Shown here piece after piece: positions 1 to 9,894 of a stretch of DNA of 64,000 nt (the stretch's first letter is position 1; each line of letters begins with the position of its first letter). The position numbers and the translations under genes are program-made. Source of the stretch: Escherichia coli (GTDB lineage: Bacteria; Pseudomonadota; Gammaproteobacteria; Enterobacterales; Enterobacteriaceae). The notes under the pieces were generated by a model. That model was not told where the DNA came from. It did not search any database and worked only from the letters and a program-made list of their open reading frames with translations. The stretch lies in the NCBI RefSeq assembly GCF_003334785.1, contig NZ_QOWV01000002.1; one strand, given 5' to 3'.

Positions 1-354
1 AATACCCTGACTTCTTCGGGTGGCGCAGTACTGGCTGATAAGCGATTTCGTAATTTGAAATGCGCATGGGTCATTCGTTATTTTTGTGAAGATTTCAATT
101 TTTCCAAGATTAGATTTCCCATGCTCTTCGTGTTTACCCTTTAAATCCCACCAGATCTGTGTCAGCTCCGACAGACGTCGCTTGTCTGTTGGTTTTGATA
201 GCCATTCTTTATTGTGGTGGTTGTACAACGTGTATTTCTCGAAAGCGACAGCTTCGCTTTTCTTATCAAACTTCCTACGGATGCGTTTTCCATTACGTCC
301 AGTAGGGCGGATGTCCACTTCATATCGACCATCATCGAGTTTTTTGATTGCCAT
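1..354 (-). CDS. int: P2-type tyrosine integrase, N-terminal 118 codons only (gene runs off the window start)
   Basis: Reverse-strand translation from ATG at 354-352 reads MAIKKLDDGRYEVDIRPTGRNGKRIRRKF..., matching the P2 Int N-terminus as I recall it; adjacent to C repressor as in P2. Not in the ORF track because no stop lies inside the window. Confidence 0.8.
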   Translation of the reverse strand, partial: MAIKKLDDGRYEVDIRPTGRNGKRIRRKFDKKSEAVAFEKYTLYNHHNKEWLSKPTDKRRLSELTQIWWDLKGKHEEHGKSNLGKIEIFTKITNDPCAFQITKSLISQYCATRRSQGI

Positions 355-469
355 CAGAAAACCCTCCGAGTGGTGTGTTTTTTTGCGACTACTAATCGCT
401 TTTTTCGTGGTGGCTGAAATTTAGCCACCAATAGTAGGCACTTGTGATGAATATATTCACGATGAATTG

Positions 470-769
470 TTAACCAGTCTTTTGACCGGAGTGGGGCGAC
501 GTTGTTTCGTTTTGCCCAAAGTGTGCGAGAGCGGGCGCAATTTGCCCGGACTCAGGAGCGATCTGATTGGTCATGAACCATAAAGTGTATTTGGTGAATT
601 GTGGGGTCTGCAGGATGTTCATCATGACATCTGTTGGAGGTGTTGAACGACCACTTTCATAGTAACTCAGCGTGCCATACGGAACCCCTGTTAAATCAGC
701 AAGTTGTTGTCTGCTCAAATACTCTGATTTTCGCATTAAGACTATCTTCTCGCTTATCGTGTTTGACAT
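470..769 (-). CDS. C: P2 immunity repressor C (99 aa)
   Basis: 99-aa ORF MSNTISEKIVLMRKSEYLSRQQLADLTGVPYGTLSYYESG... with HTH; size, sequence and position (between int and cox) match P2 C. Confidence 0.85.
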   Translation of the reverse strand: MSNTISEKIVLMRKSEYLSRQQLADLTGVPYGTLSYYESGRSTPPTDVMMNILQTPQFTKYTLWFMTNQIAPESGQIAPALAHFGQNETTSPHSGQKTG

Positions 770-883
770 GGTGTTTAGATCTCAATAGTATTTAGTTTAG
801 ATGTAGATTGTTTAGTGCTTGGATGTGGGCACTAAAAGGCATTATAAGACATTAAACGCAATTCATGAGGGCTAGAGGACGAC
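770..883. promoter_or_regulatory. Divergent Pc/Pe early control region with C operator direct repeats (TTTAGAT at 774-780 and 796-802, 22 bp apart)
   Basis: Intergenic region between divergent C and cox; two direct TTTAGATNT repeats spaced 22 bp centre to centre, as described for the P2 operator. Confidence 0.5.
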
Positions 884-1030
884 ATGAGCAAGCAAGTAAC
901 ACTCATGACTGATGCGATTCCTTATCAGGAGTTCGCAAAACTAATAGGAAAATCGACATGAAGTGGTTTACTGAATTTGGCCACCTGAACAGAGGTGATA
1001 TGCTCACCTCAGAACAACACAGGTGCCATA

Positions 1031-2178
<1,148 letters not shown>

Positions 2179-2398
2179 CTCGGTGGCCAGTTTTTGTTGA
2201 CCACTTCAACAGGAGCGGTTCGTCGGATGATCGATAAAGGAAAGCTGCCTGTAATTGATATGACCGATCCACAATCAGCTTCAGGTCGTGCAGGTGAATA
2301 TTGGGTATACCTTCCGGCATGGAATAACGGACTAAAACTGGCTTATGAAAGCCGCCCTAAAGAGATTCGTGACGGCTGGTTGATGTGGTTAGGTCTCG

Positions 2399-2593
2399 GT
2401 GAACCACGTTAAGGAGAACCGTATGAATGAGCCTCGTTGTATTGCTCAGTTACTGCGTAACGAAAGCCCCAGGGCGATTGACTTCACCATCACCCACGGT
2501 AAGGGGCGTAAGGGAATCATTATCCGCACCAAAAAACAGAGTCCGTTAAAAAAGGCTCTGACCTTTCTGAAAAGCCGGAGGGTATGGAAATGA
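2399..2593 (+). CDS. Small early-operon protein (P2 orf78 position)
   Basis: ORF directly after cox and before B; synteny with P2 early operon. Start uncertain. Confidence 0.45.
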   Translation: MNHVKENRMNEPRCIAQLLRNESPRAIDFTITHGKGRKGIIIRTKKQSPLKKALTFLKSRRVWK

Positions 2594-3090
2594 CAGTGAT
2601 GACGCTCAATCTCGTTGAAAAACAGCCAGCAGCTATGCGCCGGATAATTGGTAAGCATCTTGCCGTTCCTCGCTGGCAGGATACATGTGATTATTATAAT
2701 CAGATGATGGAGCGCGAACGGTTAACGGTTTGCTTCCATGCTCAGTTAAAACAGCGTCACGCAACGATGTGTTTTGAAGAAATGAACGACGTCGAACGTG
2801 AACGACTGGTATGTGCAATTGATGAATTGCGTGGGGCATTCTCAAAACGCCGTCAGGTTGGCGCAAGTGAGTATGCATATATTAGTTTTTTAACAGTCAG
2901 TCAGCGTCGTACTTTATTTATGCATGCCGGATTGACTGAAAAAGAATTCAACCAGCCATACTGGCGAATTAATGAAGAATCATGTTACTGGCGTGATGCT
3001 TTATTCCGTGCATTACGTGAATTATTCAGCCTGTTTGAGTATGCACCGACAATTCTGACGTCGGTAAAACCAGAGCAATATCTGCATTAA
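2590..3090 (+). CDS. B: P2 B protein (replication, helicase-loading function)
   Basis: MTVMTLNLVEKQPAAMRRIIGKHLAVPRWQDTCDYYNQMMERERL...; 166 aa from this start; position between cox and A. Confidence 0.75.
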   Translation: MTVMTLNLVEKQPAAMRRIIGKHLAVPRWQDTCDYYNQMMERERLTVCFHAQLKQRHATMCFEEMNDVERERLVCAIDELRGAFSKRRQVGASEYAYISFLTVSQRRTLFMHAGLTEKEFNQPYWRINEESCYWRDALFRALRELFSLFEYAPTILTSVKPEQYLH

Positions 3091-3153
3091 GTAATTAACC
3101 AGAGTTTTTAACGCACTTAATCGTGCGGGGCTTCTTTTTGCCTGGAGAAAGTC

Positions 3154-3378
3154 ATGCATACAGTTTCTGAAAATCAGTGCGGTAAATTCGCATTACTGCT
3201 GCAACAGGCCAGAACCGAAGCACAGGCCGACGCTGCGACGCGCTTTTCTTCTCATCTTGACGCCATGATTCGCCACATCACAAAGGCGGAGTTATCCCGA
3301 GTGGAGATAGTCGAGCTGCTCAGTCAGGAGTCGGAAAAATTTCACAATATCGGATTGTCTCGCGGGGAGGTGCTTTGA
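3154..3378 (+). CDS. Hypothetical early protein (P2 orf80 position)
   Basis: ORF with RBS-like spacing in early operon; synteny only. Confidence 0.45.
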   Translation: MHTVSENQCGKFALLLQQARTEAQADAATRFSSHLDAMIRHITKAELSRVEIVELLSQESEKFHNIGLSRGEVL

Positions 3379-3680
3379 TGTCCTGTTCTCATTCAGTTGT
3401 ATTACTGAATAACGCCTTAAAAATCGCCGTTATGGAAAATGGCGATTTGTCTCTTATTCAACTTTGTCTTGATAAAGAAAAACGCGACATCACTGAATCT
3501 GTTATCGCGATTTATCAGAATGAATTAAACCTCCTGTCTGATGTGGTCAATTTACTTGTTAAACGCGCTGTATTCCACAAGCAAATTTCCTCCGTGGATG
3601 AACTGACAAAATTAACGACAGAACTTGCCAGTTATTGCGCTGATGTATCCAGGAAACTTAACGATAAAAGGAGCTGGTAA
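3375..3680 (+). CDS. Hypothetical early protein (P2 orf81 position)
   Basis: Start overlaps previous stop (ATGA coupling); synteny only. Confidence 0.45.
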   Translation: MMSCSHSVVLLNNALKIAVMENGDLSLIQLCLDKEKRDITESVIAIYQNELNLLSDVVNLLVKRAVFHKQISSVDELTKLTTELASYCADVSRKLNDKRSW

Positions 3681-3904
3681 TGCCGGACAACGTAGATTTT
3701 ATTCAGGAACAACAGGCTGAATTACTGGAGCGCCAGATTAACGCGGCAAGGGTAAAACATTGCGGTGCTTCTGCGCTGGTTTGCGAAGAGTGTGACGCGC
3801 CAATACCTGCTGCCCGTCGTGCGGCTTACCCGTCAGCCACGCGTTGTGTTTCCTGTCAGTCAGTCTTTGAAGCAAAAAACAAACATTACCGGAGAACGGC
3901 ATGA
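3680..3904 (+). CDS. TraR/DksA-family C4 zinc-finger protein (P2 orf82 position)
   Basis: CEECDAPIPAARRAAYPSATRCVSCQ four-cysteine motif in a 74-aa protein. Confidence 0.6.
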   Translation: MPDNVDFIQEQQAELLERQINAARVKHCGASALVCEECDAPIPAARRAAYPSATRCVSCQSVFEAKNKHYRRTA

Positions 3905-4176
3905 GTATTCGTATTGAAATTGGCGAACGTTATGTCGTTACCAGTGACAGCTTTCAGTTTATTCTCCACGAGAAAAAGAGAGCGGAAAGCGGTAAAAACG
4001 CCGGTCAGGAATGGCTGGCGGTGGTTGGTTATTACCCGAAATTAAGCCAGCTCGTTTCCGGCCTGATGCATCACGATATTCTGACCGGAAGCGCAAAGTC
4101 TTTTGCTGATTTAAACGCGCAGGTTGAGCAACTCAGCAAGCGTTGTTCAGAGGCTTTTGGCTCATATGGCCGTTAA
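3901..4176 (+). CDS. Hypothetical early protein (P2 orf83 position)
   Basis: ORF overlapping A start; synteny only. Confidence 0.45.
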   Translation: MSIRIEIGERYVVTSDSFQFILHEKKRAESGKNAGQEWLAVVGYYPKLSQLVSGLMHHDILTGSAKSFADLNAQVEQLSKRCSEAFGSYGR

Positions 4177-6451
4177 AGCCTCCGGGCGTTTTGTCCCTCC
4201 GTCAGCATTTGCTGCAGGCACCGGTAAGGCGTTTACCGGTGCTTATGCATGGAACGCGCCACGCGAGGCTGTCGGGCGCGAAAGACCCCTTACACGTGAC
4301 GAGATGCGTCAGGTGCAAGGTGTTTTATCCACGATTAACCGCCTGCCTTACTTTTTGCGCTCGCTGTTTACGTCACGCTATGACTACATCCGGCGCAATA
4401 AAAGCCCGGTGCACGGGTTTTATTTCCTCACATCCACTTTTCAGCGTCGTTTATGGCCGCGCATTGAGCGTGTGAATCAGCGCCATGAAATGAACACCGA
4501 CGCGTCGAAGCTGTTTCTGGCTGAGCGTGACCACTATGCGCGCCTGCCGGGAATGAATGACAAGGAGCTGAAAAAGTTTGCCGCCCGTATCTCATCGCAG
4601 CTTTTCATGATGTATGAGGAACTCAGCGATGCCTGGGTGGATGCGCATGGCGAGAAAGAATCGCTGTTTACGGATGAGGCGCAGGCTCACCTCTATGGTC
4701 ATGTTGCTGGCGCTGCACGTGCTTTCAATATTTCCCCGCTTTACTGGAAAAAATACCGTAAAGGACAGATGACCACGAGGCAGGCATATTCTGCAATTGC
4801 CCGTCTGTTTAACGATGAGTGGTGGACTCATCAGCTTAAAGGCCAGCGTATGCGCTGGCATGAAGCGTTACTGATAGCTGTCGGGGAGGTCAATAAAGAC
4901 CGTTCTCCTTATGCCAGTAAACACGCCATTCGTGATGTGCGTGCGCGCCGCCAGGCAAATCTGGAATTTCTTAAATCGTGTGACCTTGAAAACAGGGAAA
5001 CCGGCGAGCGCATCGACCTTATCAGTAAGGTGATGGGCAGTATTTCTAATCCTGAAATTCGCCGGATGGAGCTGATGAACACCATTGCCGGTATTGAGCG
5101 TTACGCCGCCGCAGAGGGTGATGTGGGGATGTTTATCACGCTGACCGCGCCGTCAAAGTATCACCCGACACGTCAGGTCAGAAAAGGCGAAAGTAAAACC
5201 GTTCAGCTAAATTACGGCTGGAACGATGAGGCATTTAATCCAAAGGATGCGCAGCGTTATCTCTGCCGTATCTGGAGCCTGATGCGCACGGCATTCAAGG
5301 ATAATGACTTACAGGTCTACGGTTTGCGTGTCGTCGAGCCACACCACGACGGAACGCCGCACTGGCATATGATGCTTTTTTGTAATCCACGCCAGCGTAA
5401 CCAGATTATTGAAATCATGCGTCGCTACGCGCTCAAAGAGGATGGAGACGAAAGAGGAGCTGCGCGAAACCGTTTTCAGGCAAAACACCTTAACCGGGGC
5501 GGTGCTGCGGGGTATATCGCGAAATACATCTCAAAAAACATCGATGGCTATGCACTGGATGGTCAGCTCGATAACGACACCGGCAGGCCGCTGAAAGACA
5601 CAGCCGCGGCTGTTACCGCATGGGCGTCAACGTGGCGCATACCACAATTTAAAACGGTTGGCCTGCCGACAATGGGGGCTTACCGTGAACTACGCAAATT
5701 GCCCCGCGGCGTCAGCATTGCTGATGAGTTTGACGAGCGCGTCGAGGCTGCACGCGCCGCCGCAGACAGTGGTGATTTTGCGCTGTATATCAGCGCGCAG
5801 GGCGGGGCAAATGTCCCGCGCGATTGTCAGACTGTCAGGGTCGCCCGTAGTCCGTCGGATGACGTTAACGAGTACGAGGAAGAAGTCGAGAGAGTGGTCG
5901 GCATTTACGCGCCGCATCTCGGCGCGCGTCATATTCATATCACCAGAACGACGGACTGGCACATTGTGCCGAAAGTTCCGGTCGTTGAGCCTTTGACTTT
6001 AAAAAGCGGCATCGCCGCGCCTCGGAGTCCTGTCAATAACTGTGGAAAACTCACCGGTGGTGATACTTCGTTACCGGCTCCCACACCTTCTGAGCACGCC
6101 GCAGCAGTGCTTAATCTGGTTGATGACGGTGTTATCGAATGGAGTGACCCGGAGGTCGTGAGGGCGCTCAGAGGTGCATTAAAACACGGTCGGAGAACGC
6201 CAAGTCGTCAGCAAAGAAACGGAAGCCCGTTAAAACCACATGAAATTGCACCATCGGCCAGACTGACCCGGTCGGAAAGAATGCAAATTACCCGTATCCG
6301 CGTTGACCTTGCTCAGAACGGTATCAGGCCGCAGCGATGGGAGCTTGAGGCGCTGGCGCGTGGCGCGACCGTAAATTATGACGGGAAAAAATTCACGTAT
6401 CCGGTCGCTGATGAGTGGCCGGGATTCTCAACAGTAATGGAGTGGACATGA
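4166..6451 (+). CDS. A: P2 A protein, rolling-circle replication initiation endonuclease (761 aa)
   Basis: MAVKASGRFVPPSAFAAGTG... with HUH-type motif region (PHWHMMLF) and active-site Tyr region (GYIAKYISK); length and sequence match P2 gpA as recalled. Confidence 0.85.
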   Translation: MAVKASGRFVPPSAFAAGTGKAFTGAYAWNAPREAVGRERPLTRDEMRQVQGVLSTINRLPYFLRSLFTSRYDYIRRNKSPVHGFYFLTSTFQRRLWPRIERVNQRHEMNTDASKLFLAERDHYARLPGMNDKELKKFAARISSQLFMMYEELSDAWVDAHGEKESLFTDEAQAHLYGHVAGAARAFNISPLYWKKYRKGQMTTRQAYSAIARLFNDEWWTHQLKGQRMRWHEALLIAVGEVNKDRSPYASKHAIRDVRARRQANLEFLKSCDLENRETGERIDLISKVMGSISNPEIRRMELMNTIAGIERYAAAEGDVGMFITLTAPSKYHPTRQVRKGESKTVQLNYGWNDEAFNPKDAQRYLCRIWSLMRTAFKDNDLQVYGLRVVEPHHDGTPHWHMMLFCNPRQRNQIIEIMRRYALKEDGDERGAARNRFQAKHLNRGGAAGYIAKYISKNIDGYALDGQLDNDTGRPLKDTAAAVTAWASTWRIPQFKTVGLPTMGAYRELRKLPRGVSIADEFDERVEAARAAADSGDFALYISAQGGANVPRDCQTVRVARSPSDDVNEYEEEVERVVGIYAPHLGARHIHITRTTDWHIVPKVPVVEPLTLKSGIAAPRSPVNNCGKLTGGDTSLPAPTPSEHAAAVLNLVDDGVIEWSDPEVVRALRGALKHGRRTPSRQQRNGSPLKPHEIAPSARLTRSERMQITRIRVDLAQNGIRPQRWELEALARGATVNYDGKKFTYPVADEWPGFSTVMEWT

Positions 6452-6777
6452 TGGCAAAAATTCACGAGGTAAAGCTGCACGCAAAATATTTCGACCTTGT
6501 ACTGGAAGGAAAGAAACGCGCAGAGTTTCGGAAAAAAGATCGTAATTATGAGCGCGGGGGCACGTTGATTTTGCATGAATGGGTGCAGGGTGTGTTTACG
6601 GGGCGAAAGGTTGAAGCCCGGATAACAGATGTTACTGACCTGTCAGACTGGCTGGAAGATTATGTCTTGCTGCACAGAATACTAGGTGAGATACTGCCGC
6701 TGACTGTCAAGCTGGCAGTATCCTCCACATTTTTTATAAATCTAAGGCGAAGAACGGTGGCAATATATTTGCTTTAA
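6448..6777 (+). CDS. Hypothetical protein (P2 orf91 position)
   Basis: MAKIHEVKLHAKYFDLVLEGKKRAEFRKKDRNYERGG...; start overlaps A stop; follows A as in P2. Confidence 0.5.
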   Translation: MMAKIHEVKLHAKYFDLVLEGKKRAEFRKKDRNYERGGTLILHEWVQGVFTGRKVEARITDVTDLSDWLEDYVLLHRILGEILPLTVKLAVSSTFFINLRRRTVAIYLL

Positions 6778-6815
6778 ATTGTAAATAAGCAAATTATTCT
6801 AAGCCACAAATGATA

Positions 6816-7577
6816 TCAATTGAGTATCGATTTTCGTTCGAATATAACCATAACGCCAAGCGTCAAATGTAAGTCATCTATATGTGATTCGTATTCATAT
6901 TGGTCAGCATCAGGAGGTAGTAAATGCTCTGCTGCTGTAAAAACATCAATTGTAACAGATATATCGTCTGGAATTTCTTCATTTAATTCGGATATGTATT
7001 TTTTATATTTGTTTTTTAATTTCCTTATCATGTCTTCCTTATGGTGGATTGTAGTGCAGTAATTTTTTTTAGTTGAATCATTGTATGAATGGAATGAACA
7101 GTTTAATGCTAGGCCAAGACTTGAATTTCCTGTAGGGCCTGTGTGTTTAAAGTATTCAAGATTTCTTCTTATGTCAGAAAATAAAAGACTTTTACAGGGG
7201 GCATTTCCTTTAACTTCTATTGCACATATTGGAATGTCGAAAAATGGTCTGCTGTCCAATATGGCAATATCAATTCTGCCTGATCTTGTTGTGTTTGTGT
7301 TTTTTCTGACAGTTTTTTTTGAGAATGTTTTTTGGGGGTCAGACCGTTTCGATAAAGGAACTGTTGCATTAATGAATTTATTTGTATGGTACTCAAATAT
7401 AACTTTGTAATCACCATGGCGAAAAGATTTTATTTCTAACAACGATAGACCTATAGATACGGTAGCTACATATTCAGTGTTTATTTTTGCACCAGACCTG
7501 AAATCCATTAAATAAGTTGCGTCGGCTGACTTTTTCATTCCATCTTTTACAGCTTTCACAATATCCATGTTATTCAT
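6816..7577 (-). CDS. tin: Tin-like protein (253 aa), the P2 T-even phage inhibition function
   Basis: 253-aa AT-rich ORF immediately downstream of old in the A-to-cos hotspot, the position of tin in P2. Identity rests on synteny and recalled size, not on a recognised motif. Confidence 0.55.
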   Translation of the reverse strand: MNNMDIVKAVKDGMKKSADATYLMDFRSGAKINTEYVATVSIGLSLLEIKSFRHGDYKVIFEYHTNKFINATVPLSKRSDPQKTFSKKTVRKNTNTTRSGRIDIAILDSRPFFDIPICAIEVKGNAPCKSLLFSDIRRNLEYFKHTGPTGNSSLGLALNCSFHSYNDSTKKNYCTTIHHKEDMIRKLKNKYKKYISELNEEIPDDISVTIDVFTAAEHLLPPDADQYEYESHIDDLHLTLGVMVIFERKSILN

Positions 7578-7751
7578 ATCAACACCTTTTATATTCCAGA
7601 ATTATAAATCTTAATGATTGATTTGTTTGTGTGTTTAGGTTACTAGATTGACGTACTTATAGCACATTCTGATTTTGAAATCACCATCCTTGGGTAAAGC
7701 ACAGCCTATCACTATTGGTTTAGTACTGTGCTGTAATAGTATCAGATTAAG

Positions 7752-9512
7752 TTAAATCCATTTTATGAAATCTTCCATTTCATCATATTTTTTTATTACT
7801 GCTCTAACATCTTTGCTTTCATCACATAAACAATCTAAAAGACTATCCCATTCAGTTTGTTTTTTACCAAATCCATAAACAGCCTCTATATCACCGGATT
7901 TCCATATATAGATTCCGTTATCTTTCAATTTTTGATGTATTTCATGTATATGCTTTTGTGTTTTTTCATGGTTACATATTTTGATGAAGTCTTTGCTTGA
8001 AATGCTTTTGAATGACTCAAAAGTAGTAACTTTTGTATTTAAACTAAGCTCTCCTGAGTTGATTGATTCAATCAAAGCAGTCAATAGATTATCACATTCA
8101 GTACTAAGTAAGTCTTTATGCTCTGTTAATAGAATATTTGATAAGAAATCACAATCAGCTAGAATCCTTGTTTTTATGCCGATGGCATTGATGATTTGTG
8201 ACATCTTAAATAAACTACCCTTACCGTCAACGGCAACAATGCAGATTTTACTCGGGTTGAGTTCATGTCCGTTAATTTTTTTATAAAGTGCATATAGAAC
8301 GTTTGTCTCTGTTTTCCCTTCAACAAGCAAAACTTCTTCAGAAAATAAAAGGTATGATGAATTAGAAAGCGTGAATGCTGAGTGCAATTGCGGTGATGAA
8401 GATTTATATAATTCTTCGATTTTTTCAGATATAGTCTTCCTTGCTATGGTTCCATTAGAATCCTTACAAACCTGAATCGCATTTGCTGCATGCTTTGCAG
8501 AAAGCATACTGGCTGAGTGAGTTGATATTATAACCTGATACCCTGATTCACTTAATGTGACAAGTGATTCTCTGACAGAATTAATGGCTGAAGGGTGTAA
8601 ATATAACTCAGGTTCATCAATGAAAATCAAAGTGTTTGATTTTTTTGATTCGCTGTTTTCTTTTTTTATTTCGGCCAGGTATTGAATTAATGCCATTTGA
8701 ATGGAACGTTGTGTTCCGTGACCAAATCGGCTGATATCTCTCATTACCGGTTCATCTTCCCGAGACTCAAAAACTTTCAGAGTGCCGGATTTAAATATCT
8801 CATCTAATGTCGGTGTGGGAAAGTGTAACTTTACACTTACGTCGGGAAAAAATTGGTTTACTTTTTTATTTACGCCTGAGTCTATTTTATTAAGGCTTTC
8901 TAATCTGTTCTCACCGTTGTGAGAAAGATATTTACCTATTTCTGATATGTTTTTTGAAAATTTTTCTTCGTGTTCTTGTTTTATTTCAGAAACAATTGCG
9001 GAAAGTATCTTTCCTATTGTGGTCGTGTTTTTGCATTTTGTTGAGTCTTCGACAGCGTCAGACATTGCAGGGATATGAATTGGTTCCGGAAATATATTGG
9101 AGATTGCACCATCTATGCCGCCAGGGTTTTTCTTCCACGTGGTACCGTCATATACATCCAGACTTTTTTTGGCTTTTCCTGTTTCCTTATTAAATTCCTG
9201 TCTTCTTGCAAAGGTAAGAGTCCCGTCAATTATAAACGGAGCTATTTTTTGTTGATTCTCTTCTGTTAACAAAGACAGAGTATCATCTGTTATACCTTGA
9301 ATAACGCCTTCAACGGATACGGGGTGTGTAGGATCGTACACATCTGATTCTGAAATCAAAGAGCCATCTAACAGCCACTTAATTGCTAAGATAATATTTG
9401 ATTTTCCTGCGTTATTATAACCAACTAAAGCAGTGAAGGGGCGCAAAATAGCCGATGTTGACTTACAAGAACGAAAGTTGCTAATTGAAACTGAAGCAAG
9501 ACGTACAGTCAT
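7752..9512 (-). CDS. old: Old exclusion protein: OLD-family ATPase/nuclease (586 aa)
   Basis: Walker A LVGYNNAGKSN near the N-terminus, Walker B-like LIFIDEPELYLHP mid-protein, C-terminal nuclease-type region; 586 aa and position next to cos match P2 Old. Confidence 0.8.
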   Translation of the reverse strand: MTVRLASVSISNFRSCKSTSAILRPFTALVGYNNAGKSNIILAIKWLLDGSLISESDVYDPTHPVSVEGVIQGITDDTLSLLTEENQQKIAPFIIDGTLTFARRQEFNKETGKAKKSLDVYDGTTWKKNPGGIDGAISNIFPEPIHIPAMSDAVEDSTKCKNTTTIGKILSAIVSEIKQEHEEKFSKNISEIGKYLSHNGENRLESLNKIDSGVNKKVNQFFPDVSVKLHFPTPTLDEIFKSGTLKVFESREDEPVMRDISRFGHGTQRSIQMALIQYLAEIKKENSESKKSNTLIFIDEPELYLHPSAINSVRESLVTLSESGYQVIISTHSASMLSAKHAANAIQVCKDSNGTIARKTISEKIEELYKSSSPQLHSAFTLSNSSYLLFSEEVLLVEGKTETNVLYALYKKINGHELNPSKICIVAVDGKGSLFKMSQIINAIGIKTRILADCDFLSNILLTEHKDLLSTECDNLLTALIESINSGELSLNTKVTTFESFKSISSKDFIKICNHEKTQKHIHEIHQKLKDNGIYIWKSGDIEAVYGFGKKQTEWDSLLDCLCDESKDVRAVIKKYDEMEDFIKWI

Positions 9513-9716
9513 TATTTTTCCTTAAATGTGCTATTTGTATGCAATGAGTTCATGCGAAACGCTTTTTTACATTTTATAGTCGTTGCATTCAAGGGTGCAT
9601 GAGATTGCATTAAGGGAAACTGTGATATGGCTTGGCTTTTGACTGGAAATACTGATGGCTCATTAGTTTTATTAAGGTGCATTAAAACCGCCCCGTGAAG
9701 CGGGCGGGCGAGGCGG

Positions 9717-9735
9717 GGAAAGCACTGCGCGCTGG
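9717..9735. other. cos cohesive-end sequence GGCGAGGCGGGGAAAGCAC
   Basis: Exact 19-nt match to the P2 cohesive end as I recall it, located between old and Q in a GC-rich region. Confidence 0.5.
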
Positions 9736-9865
9736 CGGTGGTGCTGATTTTGTTTTTTCAGCGTCTGAGCGCGTCGTGAAGGCGCTTAGTCTGCCCGTTG
9801 AGGCGTTGGTGTGTCTGCGGGGTGTTTTGTGCGGTGGTGAGCGTGTGAGGGCGTGATGACGGGGT

Positions 9866-9889
9866 GTAAAAAAGCCGCCCGCAGGCGGC
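9866..9889 (-). terminator. Rho-independent terminator just downstream of Q
   Basis: Palindrome GCCGCC-CGCA-GGCGGC (9874-9889) followed on the minus strand by a U-tract (plus-strand A-run 9868-9873). Confidence 0.6.
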
Positions 9890-9894
9890 GATGT

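Noticed and set aside
86-424. Plus-strand ORFs of 112 and 67 aa at the left edge
   Set aside because: They lie antisense to the clearly recognisable integrase N-terminus (minus strand, start at 354); no independent support.
4124-4165. Longer N-terminal extension of the A gene from the ORF track
   Set aside because: The P2 A protein begins MAVKASGRFV; the upstream ATG gives a 14-aa extension overlapping orf83 with no RBS advantage.
6816-9512. old/tin locus as a novel, undescribed defence system
   Set aside because: The 586-aa ATPase/nuclease and its 253-aa neighbour match the classical P2 old and tin genes in sequence (old) and in size and synteny (tin) as far as I can recall; treated as known cargo, pending a BLAST check.
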